NCBI GenBank assembly: GCA_030527115.1
Contig: JAUNBM010000002.1
Location: forward strand, 4,285 to 68,284
Direction of reading: 5' to 3'
Length of the DNA: 64,000 nucleotides
Source: Clostridia bacterium
Lineage (GTDB): Bacteria > Bacillota > Clostridia > Christensenellales > CAG-138
This document shows, piece after piece, positions 18,258 to 25,924 of this stretch. Below the pieces are notes generated by a model that searched no databases, had not been told where the DNA came from, and saw only the letters and a list, made by a program, of their open reading frames with translations. The number at the start of each line of letters is the position of its first letter. Positions within the stretch are counted from its first letter, which is position 1. Position numbers and translations under genes: made by a program.

Positions 18258-19406
18258 CTATTCGTCGAGCGCGCCGACGCTTCGCAGGGAATCCAAAAAC
18301 TCCCGAATATCGCTGGCGGCGGTGGCTTCGTCAACGGCGAATTCGTCCAGGACGCATTCTATCAGGGCTCTCTCGGTGGTGGGATGCAGGAGCCGCTCCC
18401 ATAAAAAAGCCCCCACGGTGTTGAGCATGATTGCAACCGGCGCGCCGTCGGCTTTGATTCCTGCCATAACGGCGACATGGTTGTCCAGCAGACGCCTCAT
18501 CACATAGCCTTCTTTAATTCTCATATCCTTTTCTCCTTTATCAAGCAGTTCAATCTCATTTGGACGGGCCAGCATAGCCGCAAGGTATTCGCCCGCGCCC
18601 GGCTCGTTGGAACAATAATAGCGATAGACGGGAACGGTGAGCGCAACCCTTTCAACCGAGTTCAGAACATTGGCGGCGGCGACCCCGTCCCACAGCGGCT
18701 TGGATACCCTCTGCAGGAGCAAAATGAAGGCGCTGTGGAAATCCAGCCGTTGAAGACGGCAGAAGGGATGTTTTCGAATGTCCACGATGGCGCAAAGGGG
18801 CGCGGACTCGTTGACATAAACGTTCTCCTTGCCGCTCCAGGGCGCTCCGTAGGCGGTAAACCCGCCGTTTTCCGGGCGAAGAAGCGGGCGGTCGGCATTC
18901 AGCATCTTAGAATCGGGAACGGACTTTAAAAAGTTCTGCGCCGCCGTACTCTTGCCCGCGCCGGACGGGCCGGTGAAGCAGACAGTCCGTCCGTCATGTA
19001 TAACGGCGGAGGCGTGAATGGATAAAGCCCCATTTTGGGCGCTGATCTCCTCAAAGGCGAGCCGAAAAAGCGTTCGCGCCTGCTCCGTCAACGTACCGTC
19101 GTCGTCCCTTGCCCCGTCCCGAATATAAAGGGTTAACCTGTCCCTTTGCGTGGACAGCCAAAGGGCACATAGAGCATTTTTGGCAAAGCGAAAAATCCGC
19201 CCGTCTATGGCTTTTAAAACCTCGATTTGAGCGGATGCAAAAGCAAGCGTGCCGTCCGGTTCCTGTCCGGAGACGACGCTCATAATCACCGGCGTTTCGC
19301 CGTTCGTTTCGCCGCACTCGAATGGTTCAAGCGCGGCTATCAACGTTGCGGGCAAAAGGTCGGACGCAAAAACGGAGACGGCTGTTGCCGCTATCCTAAG
19401 GAGCAT
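18258..19406 (-). CDS. HprK-like P-loop kinase domain fused in frame to a C-terminal PqqD-family (RiPP recognition element) domain
   Basis: LSIHASAVIHDGRTVCFTGPSGAGKSTAA has the pattern of HPr-kinase-related peptide kinases. The last 88 aa (MRIKEGYVMRRLLDNHVAV...AFLWERL...EFAVDEATAASDIREFLDSLRSVGALDE) look like PqqD. An internal AAGGAG (18533-18538) sits 8 nt before the ATG at 18524. Confidence 0.7.
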   Translation of the reverse strand: MLLRIAATAVSVFASDLLPATLIAALEPFECGETNGETPVIMSVVSGQEPDGTLAFASAQIEVLKAIDGRIFRFAKNALCALWLSTQRDRLTLYIRDGARDDDGTLTEQARTLFRLAFEEISAQNGALSIHASAVIHDGRTVCFTGPSGAGKSTAAQNFLKSVPDSKMLNADRPLLRPENGGFTAYGAPWSGKENVYVNESAPLCAIVDIRKHPFCRLQRLDFHSAFILLLQRVSKPLWDGVAAANVLNSVERVALTVPVYRYYCSNEPGAGEYLAAMLARPNEIELLDKGEKDMRIKEGYVMRRLLDNHVAVMAGIKADGAPVAIMLNTVGAFLWERLLHPTTERALIECVLDEFAVDEATAASDIREFLDSLRSVGALDE

Positions 19407-19422
19407 TGCGCGTTATTCGGCT

Positions 19423-19587
19423 TTAAGTGTTGTCTCCGTACCAGCCTTGTACGCAAGAGGAAACCGGCGTCGCCTCATTATTATAATAGTCAAAGCTACA
19501 TGTTCCGCCGAAACCAGAGGAGGCCACATGCTCCTCAAAGTTCATTCCCATTACGACAGCGTTTGGCTTTTCGTAAGTCTTTTTCAT
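19423..19587 (-). CDS. Candidate RiPP precursor peptide, 54 aa: MKKTYEKPNAVVMGMNFEEHVASSGFGGTCSFDYYNNEATPVSSCVQGWYGDNT
   Basis: I translated this by hand; it is below the 60-aa cutoff of the ORF track. GGAGG lies 8 nt upstream. Its ATG overlaps the radical SAM gene stop (ATGA). It sits between a rSAM/SPASM gene and a PqqD-containing gene. Confidence 0.6.
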   Translation of the reverse strand: MKKTYEKPNAVVMGMNFEEHVASSGFGGTCSFDYYNNEATPVSSCVQGWYGDNT

Positions 19588-20819
19588 TCGTTTATCCTCC
19601 TTGTTTTTTCTCGCATAACCGTATGGAGTATGCGAAGATTTTTATTACACGGCTGTTCGCCGGGCAATCCATTGGTTCCGCCGGATGCGAGCGCATAACG
19701 CGCCGGGCAAAAGCGGCATTTTCCGAAGTAGGCGCAGGCCCGGCATTCCTCGCTGCGCCGGTAGCTCAGAGCGGCGTCGTTGACCTGCCGCCAAGCCGGC
19801 ATAAAACCCTCCTTCAATACGTTGACCGAAGCGAGCGGGAACTGGCCGCAGGGTTGCATATTGCCGAAATATCCTATCGTGAAGGAGCAAAGTCCCGCCA
19901 CGCAGGGCATCCTTGAGCCTGACGCCTCCGGCTCTCCTTGCAAAAGGGGCTCGATGAAATCCTCATCGCAAAGCGAGAAGGTTTCCATGCCGTTCTTCTG
20001 GATCGACCTCTGCCAGAGCCGCGACTGCTCCTCGAAGGAGAGAGCGTAATCGGAGAAGCGCTTTCCCGAGCTGACGACGGGCTCGAACATATCGGAGTCC
20101 AAATTTATCCTGCCAAAGCTCATGCTCTTAGCATAGTCGAGCAGGGCGTCGAAGTCCTCGTAGTTGTAGCGCGACATCGTAAGCTGAATATCGGTAGGCA
20201 CTTTGGCCTCCTTTAAAAGCCTCAAAGCGCGGTCAACCTTGAAAAAGGCGTTTTTTGAGCCGGTAACCCGTTCATAAACCTCCGGACAGCTCCCATAAAC
20301 CGAAAGCCGGACAACATACGGGGGCATTTCGTGAAGTCGCTTGGCGGCTTCCTCGTCGATCAGCGTTCCGTTGGTGAGCAGAAGGATGAACACTCCGCGG
20401 CTCTTTAGATGCTCATATATCCGCCAAAAGTCCGGATGGTAGAAGCACTCGCCGCCGGTCAATCCGGCGTACAGCAGGCCCGCGTCGATTGCTTCGTCCA
20501 TTATGCCTATCCACTCGTCTCCGTTCAAAACCCGCTCGGGGTACTTGCCTTCGGAGGAATGCACATAGCACATCTTGCAATCGAGGGTACAGTGAGGGGT
20601 AAGCTCAAAGGTGCCTTTCAACGGGAGCTTCCGCTTCGTATACTCACGGCGAAGCAGGTTGAAAAGGACGGAACTGCGTTCCTCGGCCTTTGAGGCGGCA
20701 AGCTCCGAAAACAGCGTGGAAGCTCCGCCGTTCTCCGGGGAGATGGACGTGGGCTTCGGTTCGCCGGCGAAATTTGCCGGCTCTGCCTGTGGGGAGTCTT
20801 GAACCACATTTTCTGCCAT
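19584..20819 (-). CDS. Radical SAM/SPASM-domain peptide-modifying enzyme
   Basis: CTLDCKMC (CX3CX2C) is present, together with the C-terminal GNMQPC (Gx4C) and CRACAYFGKCRFC cysteine cluster typical of SPASM auxiliary Fe-S sites. Start set at the ATG at 20817-20819 behind AAGGAGG. Confidence 0.85.
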   Translation of the reverse strand: MAENVVQDSPQAEPANFAGEPKPTSISPENGGASTLFSELAASKAEERSSVLFNLLRREYTKRKLPLKGTFELTPHCTLDCKMCYVHSSEGKYPERVLNGDEWIGIMDEAIDAGLLYAGLTGGECFYHPDFWRIYEHLKSRGVFILLLTNGTLIDEEAAKRLHEMPPYVVRLSVYGSCPEVYERVTGSKNAFFKVDRALRLLKEAKVPTDIQLTMSRYNYEDFDALLDYAKSMSFGRINLDSDMFEPVVSSGKRFSDYALSFEEQSRLWQRSIQKNGMETFSLCDEDFIEPLLQGEPEASGSRMPCVAGLCSFTIGYFGNMQPCGQFPLASVNVLKEGFMPAWRQVNDAALSYRRSEECRACAYFGKCRFCPARYALASGGTNGLPGEQPCNKNLRILHTVMREKTRRINE

Positions 20820-20894
20820 CGTCAATCCTCCTTTCCCGGAGCATAGCCTCGGAGCCATATAACAAAATCGAGTATGGCGAAGCGACAACTCCGC

Positions 20895-20908
20895 ATGAGC
20901 ATACTCAT
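20895..20908. promoter_or_regulatory. Short inverted repeat ATGAG-N4-CTCAT over the predicted transcription start of the rSAM operon
   Basis: Read directly from the sequence, 6 nt downstream of the -10. It is short, so it could be chance. Confidence 0.25.
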
Positions 20909-20913
20909 ATCTT

Positions 20914-20942
20914 ATTTTATTTTATGACGCGAAAAAAAGCAA
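20914..20942 (-). promoter_or_regulatory. Candidate promoter of the rSAM/peptide/kinase operon (TTGCTT-17-TAAAAT)
   Basis: Hexamers on the minus strand with a 17-nt spacer, about 95 nt upstream of the rSAM ATG, in the gap after the spoVT stop. Confidence 0.45.
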
Positions 20943-21003
20943 GCATTTTTGGAAAAAATCTCGAAAAAACCTGCAAAAGTTGCGCTAAAAACGCGTTTTT
21001 TTG

Positions 21004-21549
21004 CTAATCTTGAAATTGCTTTGAAATGCAGAGCGACAAAGTCTTTAAAACCAGCCTTTCCGCCTCGTCGATTCGGGCGGCGGGGTCGCCCGAAACCAGC
21101 CCGACCGCGCCGATAGCCTCGCCGTTAACGATTATCGGGAACATATCCTGGCAGGGGAAGGAATGCTCCTGATCCCGCACCAGCTCGATATTGATCGGCT
21201 GGTTTTGCGTTTTCAACGACTGCTTTGCCAGGATAGCGGCCTGAAACGGCCTTGTCAGCGGCTTATCCGCCAGCGTCCTTTTTAGCTGGCCGGCGCAGGC
21301 GACCATCCTTTCGCGGTCGCAAACGAACGCCGTCATTCCGGTTGCCCCGTTGATCGCCTGAACGATCTCTTGAGCCTGGGTTGACAGCTCGGCGACGGGG
21401 GAGTAGGGCTTCAAAATGATACTGCCCTCGCGGTCGGTAAATATCTCCAGCGGATCGGATTCCCGAATCCGCATGGTTCGTCTAATCTCCTTGGGTATAA
21501 CGATTCGCCCCAGCTCATCAATGCGTCTAACGATTCCGGTTGCTCTCAT
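21004..21549 (-). CDS. spoVT: Stage V sporulation protein T (AbrB-type DNA-binding domain plus GAF-like domain)
   Basis: MRATGIVRRIDELGRIVIPKEIRRTMRIRESDPLEIFTDREGSIILKPYSP is near-identical in pattern to the Bacillus SpoVT N-terminus. The length (181 aa) also fits. Confidence 0.9.
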   Translation of the reverse strand: MRATGIVRRIDELGRIVIPKEIRRTMRIRESDPLEIFTDREGSIILKPYSPVAELSTQAQEIVQAINGATGMTAFVCDRERMVACAGQLKRTLADKPLTRPFQAAILAKQSLKTQNQPINIELVRDQEHSFPCQDMFPIIVNGEAIGAVGLVSGDPAARIDEAERLVLKTLSLCISKQFQD

Positions 21550-21866
21550 ATCCTGCTCCTTGGTTGAATTCCCGCTTATTTTTTGATATTTTACAAAAAT
21601 TATACGGGCTTTGAAAACTGACTGTTGAATGGAGTTCCATTATCGTGTATAATTAACTCAAGCATGAATTATCCGGACTTTTATCGTTGGCGCAAGCCGG
21701 AAAGAGGCAAAGAACCCTCCGTTTTTGGGAAAAATTTGGGTTTGTTGTTGCCAATATCGGGCGAGTAGCTTATAATAAAGGGCACGTTTCAAAGACGGAC
21801 GCGGGTTGCAGGATGGGACAATTTGAAGGAACAAGGGCGGGGAATACATTTTTTTGAGGTGAATGA

Positions 21867-22889
21867 ATGAGCAAAGGAACGGTTCTGGTGAGCGGTGGAG
21901 CGGGCTACATCGGTTCGCATACCTGCGTTGAGCTTTTGGACGCGGGCTTTGAAATTATCTGCGTGGACAACCTCTGCAACAGTAAGAGAGAGGTCATCTC
22001 CCGCATTGAAAGGATAACCGGAAAACCCGTGATGTTTTTCCCGATTGACGTTTGCGATGAGGACGCTTTGGACAGGGTTTTCGCGTCGCACAGGATAGAC
22101 TCGGTGATTCATTTTGCCGGCTTAAAGGCTGTGGGCGAAAGCGTTGAAAAGCCGTTGGACTACTATCAAAACAACCTGACGGCTACGATAAATCTTTTAA
22201 AGCGCATGGAGGCGCACGGGGTTTATAAGCTGGTATTCAGCTCCTCCGCAACGGTATATGGCATACCGAAGGAGAACCCGATTTTGGAGACCGCCGACCG
22301 CTGGTGTACCAATCCCTACGGGTGGACGAAGTATATGTCCGAACAGATAATCCGCGACTGGTGCGCCGCCGTGCCCGAGGCGTCCGCAATGTTGCTTCGC
22401 TATTTCAACCCGATAGGCGCGCATGAGAGCGGGCTAATAGGCGAGGATCCCAACGGGATACCGAATAATCTTTTGCCCTATATCTGCCAGGTGGCTACGG
22501 GCAAGCGCGAGTATCTTAGGGTATTCGGCAACGATTACGATACTGTGGACGGCACGGGCGTGCGCGACTATATTCATGTTGTGGATCTGGCAAAGGGGCA
22601 TCTGGATGCGTTGAGCTACCTTGACGAACATACCGGCGCTGAGGCGGTGAACCTCGGAACCGGAATCGGGTACAGCGTGCTGGAGGTGGTCGACGCTTAT
22701 TCCAAAGCCGCCGGAATGGACATTCCTTACAGGATTATGGACAGGCGGGCGGGGGATGTAGCGGTTTGCTATGCCGACCCGGGCAAGGCGTGGGAGCTTC
22801 TCCGCTGGAAAGCCCGTCATGATTTGAACGATATGTGCGCCTCGTCTTACAAGTGGCAGCGCATGAACCCGGAGGGATACGGAGACTGA
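21867..22889 (+). CDS. galE: UDP-glucose 4-epimerase
   Basis: VLVSGGAGYIGSH, the YGWTK (YxxxK) motif, and LRYFNPIGAH. Confidence 0.9.
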   Translation: MSKGTVLVSGGAGYIGSHTCVELLDAGFEIICVDNLCNSKREVISRIERITGKPVMFFPIDVCDEDALDRVFASHRIDSVIHFAGLKAVGESVEKPLDYYQNNLTATINLLKRMEAHGVYKLVFSSSATVYGIPKENPILETADRWCTNPYGWTKYMSEQIIRDWCAAVPEASAMLLRYFNPIGAHESGLIGEDPNGIPNNLLPYICQVATGKREYLRVFGNDYDTVDGTGVRDYIHVVDLAKGHLDALSYLDEHTGAEAVNLGTGIGYSVLEVVDAYSKAAGMDIPYRIMDRRAGDVAVCYADPGKAWELLRWKARHDLNDMCASSYKWQRMNPEGYGD

Positions 22890-22890
22890 T

Positions 22891-23886
22891 ATGAAAACCG
22901 CCGTTTTGGGAACCGGAAGCTGGGCAACCGGACTGTCGCAGGTGCTTTGCGACAACGGGCATACCGTGCTGATGTATGGGGTGGATAAGGACGAGATCGA
23001 GGACGTCAATCTGCGCCATCGCAACTCGCGCTATTTTCCGGGCGTTGAGATTCACAAGGGCATACGGGCAACGGCGGATATCGGGCTGGCTTTGCAGGGC
23101 GCGCAAATGGTTGTCATCGCGGTTCCTACGAAGGCGGTTAAGCAGGTTGCGCTGAAGGCGCTGCCCTATATGGAACAAAACGCCGTGGTGGTAAATGCGT
23201 CGAAGGGCTTCGACCCGGAGACTAACGACCGCATGAGCGAGACGCTGAGAAAGATTTTTGCGGAGCGGCCGGACATAAAAACCGCGTCGGTTATAGGCCC
23301 GAGCCATGCCGAGGAGGTAATCCAAAGGCAGCTGACCGCGGTCTGCGCGGTGTCCTCCGATGCGGAGGTTGCCGAGCGGGTTCAGGCGCTTCTGTCCAAC
23401 TCCTATATCCGGCTCTATGTATGCACCGACGAGATAGGGGCTGAATACGGCGTTGCAATCAAGAACATCATAGCGATAGCTTCAGGCATCCTTGTGGGCA
23501 GGGGCTACGGTGACAATGCGAAGGCGGCGCTGATCACCCGGGGCTTGGCGGAGATGGTTCGCTTCGGCTGTAAAAAGGGCGCGAAAAGGGAGACGTTTTT
23601 CGGCTTGACTGGGGTCGGAGATCTGGTCGTAACCTGCTTTTCGAGGCATTCGAGAAACTATCAGGCGGGGCTTGAGATAGGGCGGGCAAACGGCGCGGGC
23701 GAGTTTTTGCGCGAAAATAAAAAAACTGTAGAGGGGATAAACAGTTGCAAAGTCATTCATGACGAGCTACAATATTGCGACTTTGAAATGCCCTTGGTGC
23801 AGAGTATATATGAGATCCTGTTTGAAGGCAGGTTGCCGTCGGAGGCGATTAAGGAATTGATGGAGCGTGCTTTGAAACCGGAATAA
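22891..23886 (+). CDS. gpsA: NAD(P)H-dependent glycerol-3-phosphate dehydrogenase
   Basis: VLGTGSWATGL, the NASKGFD-type motif, and GVAIKNIIAIASG. Confidence 0.9.
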   Translation: MKTAVLGTGSWATGLSQVLCDNGHTVLMYGVDKDEIEDVNLRHRNSRYFPGVEIHKGIRATADIGLALQGAQMVVIAVPTKAVKQVALKALPYMEQNAVVVNASKGFDPETNDRMSETLRKIFAERPDIKTASVIGPSHAEEVIQRQLTAVCAVSSDAEVAERVQALLSNSYIRLYVCTDEIGAEYGVAIKNIIAIASGILVGRGYGDNAKAALITRGLAEMVRFGCKKGAKRETFFGLTGVGDLVVTCFSRHSRNYQAGLEIGRANGAGEFLRENKKTVEGINSCKVIHDELQYCDFEMPLVQSIYEILFEGRLPSEAIKELMERALKPE

Positions 23887-23907
23887 AAATGGTGGAATTG
23901 GTGGTAT

Positions 23908-25806
23908 ATGAGGAGCATTAAGGAGCTTAAGGGGTTTTTCTTTAACAGGGGGACGAAGATTGTGTCGTTGCTGGTCTTGGACACGGCATGCATTTTCCTT
24001 GCGTTTTTGCTGGGAGCATGGTCAAGTTCAGCGGCAGATCCGACAAATCCGTTCTCTTTCCCGTTTGACGGGGTGTTTCAACCTTGGACGGTGGCAATAT
24101 TTGCAGCCATCTATCTGGTTGTGTTCTGTGTCTTTAAAATGTATAGCAGCCTGTGGAGCGTTTCGGGGCTGAACGAGGGTATCAACATCATTGCGGGGGT
24201 AGGAATCGGAACCGCGATATGTATCGGCGTTAATCTTGCATTTTTCTCGAAAATGCAATCGGAGTTTCTGATCGGGCTTTCGGGCATGTTTCTCGGCGCG
24301 ATGGCGTTTTCAACCCGCTTCGGCTACCGCATATTGCGGAGGATTTGGACTAATATCAACAATCGTGCGTCCAAGGGCAAGAAGGCGATAATGATAGTGG
24401 GCGCCGGAAATTTCGGCAGTTACGTTCTCGGCCAGATCGAGGCCGGGGCGCGGGCAGTCAACGAGCGCGCGGTTCTGTTTGTGGACGATGATCCCCAAAA
24501 GCAGAGGATGAGCGTTGGCGGAATCAGGGTGCTTGGAACCTGCGAGGATATTCCGGAGCTGGCTCAAAAATACGATATCGACGAGATCATCATAGCGATT
24601 CCGTCGTTGAACACGGAGCGGAGAAGGGAAATCGTTTCCATCTGCGCTAAAACGAAGCGCCGCGTTTTGCTCGTGCCGGGCATTTGGGAGGTCGGGGATA
24701 ACCCCTCGATGGCGGTGCTGAGGGAGATGAGCATTGCCGACATCCTGTTCCGTCAGGAGGTCAGCCTCGATCAGGAGGGAATCAGCGATTATATAACGGA
24801 CAAGGTGGTGCTGATAACGGGCGGAGGCGGCTCGATTGGCTCGGAGATAGCGAGGCAGGTCGCCATGTTTACCCCGTCGCGGCTGATCCTTTTCGATATC
24901 TATGAAAATACGACCTATGAGCTTTATTGCGAGCTGAAGCAACGCTTTCCGGAGCTGGACGTTATGGTTCGCATCGGCTCGGTGCGGGATAAGGCGCGGC
25001 TCGACGAGCTGATGCTCGAGTTCAAGCCCAATCTGGTGGTGCATACCGCCGCGCATAAGCACGTTCCGCTGATGGAGGACAGCCCTGCGGAGGCGGTCAA
25101 GAATAACGTTTTGGGAACGCTGAACGTTTTAAAGGCGGCGGAGGAGCATGGGGTTGAGCGCTTCGTTCAGCTCTCCACCGACAAGGCGGTTAACCCAACC
25201 AACGTCATGGGAGCGACCAAGAGAATAACCGAGCTGATAGTTCAGGTTTTTGCGGCGACGAGCAGGATGCGCTGTATGACGGTGCGCTTCGGCAATGTTT
25301 TGGGCTCGCACGGAAGCGTAATTCCCCTGTTTGAGCGGCAGATAAAGGCGGGCGGGCCGGTAACGGTCACGCATCCCGAGGTAACCCGTTATTTCATGAC
25401 GATACCGGAGGCGGCGCAGCTCGTGCTTCAAGCCGGCTCCATCGGCGAGTCGGGGGCTATCTATGTGCTGGATATGGGCGAACCCATCCGGATTATTGCC
25501 CTTGCCGAGAAGATGATCCGGTTCTACGGCTATGAGCCGGGGGTCAACATGGAGATAGAGATAGTGGGCCTGCGCCCCGGCGAGAAGATGTATGAGGAGC
25601 TGTTGCTGGACGATGAGAGCGAGTGCAGGGAGACGACCTCCCACGGCAGGATATTTAAAACGCATCCTGCAACGATCAACCATCAGCTGTTCATGGCCAA
25701 TACGACCGCGCTCATCCGTGCCGCAATAGAAAACGAGCCCAACCTGATCGACCGTATCCGGCTGTTGGTTCCAAATTTCAATCATCCGGACGATGCGATA
25801 GCTTAA
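23908..25806 (+). CDS. Membrane-anchored polysaccharide biosynthesis protein (CapD/PglF-like NDP-sugar 4,6-dehydratase)
   Basis: Four to five N-terminal TM segments, then VLITGGGGSIGSE, FVQLSTDKAVNPTNVMGATKR, and RFGNVLGS. Confidence 0.85.
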   Translation: MRSIKELKGFFFNRGTKIVSLLVLDTACIFLAFLLGAWSSSAADPTNPFSFPFDGVFQPWTVAIFAAIYLVVFCVFKMYSSLWSVSGLNEGINIIAGVGIGTAICIGVNLAFFSKMQSEFLIGLSGMFLGAMAFSTRFGYRILRRIWTNINNRASKGKKAIMIVGAGNFGSYVLGQIEAGARAVNERAVLFVDDDPQKQRMSVGGIRVLGTCEDIPELAQKYDIDEIIIAIPSLNTERRREIVSICAKTKRRVLLVPGIWEVGDNPSMAVLREMSIADILFRQEVSLDQEGISDYITDKVVLITGGGGSIGSEIARQVAMFTPSRLILFDIYENTTYELYCELKQRFPELDVMVRIGSVRDKARLDELMLEFKPNLVVHTAAHKHVPLMEDSPAEAVKNNVLGTLNVLKAAEEHGVERFVQLSTDKAVNPTNVMGATKRITELIVQVFAATSRMRCMTVRFGNVLGSHGSVIPLFERQIKAGGPVTVTHPEVTRYFMTIPEAAQLVLQAGSIGESGAIYVLDMGEPIRIIALAEKMIRFYGYEPGVNMEIEIVGLRPGEKMYEELLLDDESECRETTSHGRIFKTHPATINHQLFMANTTALIRAAIENEPNLIDRIRLLVPNFNHPDDAIA

Positions 25807-25823
25807 CTTTCAAACACAAACTC

Positions 25824-25861
25824 AAAACGGCGCTGAAGGATTCGAGTCAGCGCCGTTTTTG
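25824..25861. terminator. Bidirectional intrinsic terminator between convergent genes
   Basis: Perfect 13-bp stem AAAACGGCGCTGA/TCAGCGCCGTTTT with a 10-nt loop, followed by a T-run on the plus strand. Confidence 0.7.
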
Positions 25862-25924
25862 ATATTATTAAGGCTGTGATACCGCTTTTAAGTGCGTTAC
25901 AAAGCAAAGGCCGCGTTTTTACGC

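Noticed and set aside
19423-19587. Whether the 54-aa peptide is a SCIFF (six-Cys-in-forty-five) ranthipeptide precursor or a lasso peptide precursor.
   Set aside because: It has only two Cys and no C-terminal Cys-rich SCIFF motif. No Asn-synthetase-like lasso cyclase or transglutaminase-like leader peptidase is in the operon. It is therefore treated as unclassified rather than assigned to those families.
19227-19916. Plus-strand ORFs (229 and 149 aa) covering the gap between the kinase-like and rSAM genes.
   Set aside because: They are antisense to the rSAM gene 3' end and to the SD-preceded 54-codon ORF. They have no RBS, and their translations are low-complexity.
21550-21660. A forespore (sigma-F/G-type) promoter upstream of spoVT (GTATA...CAAAAAATA on the minus strand).
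   Set aside because: The match to the consensus is loose and was judged only by eye. It is not reported as a feature without PWM scoring or TSS data.
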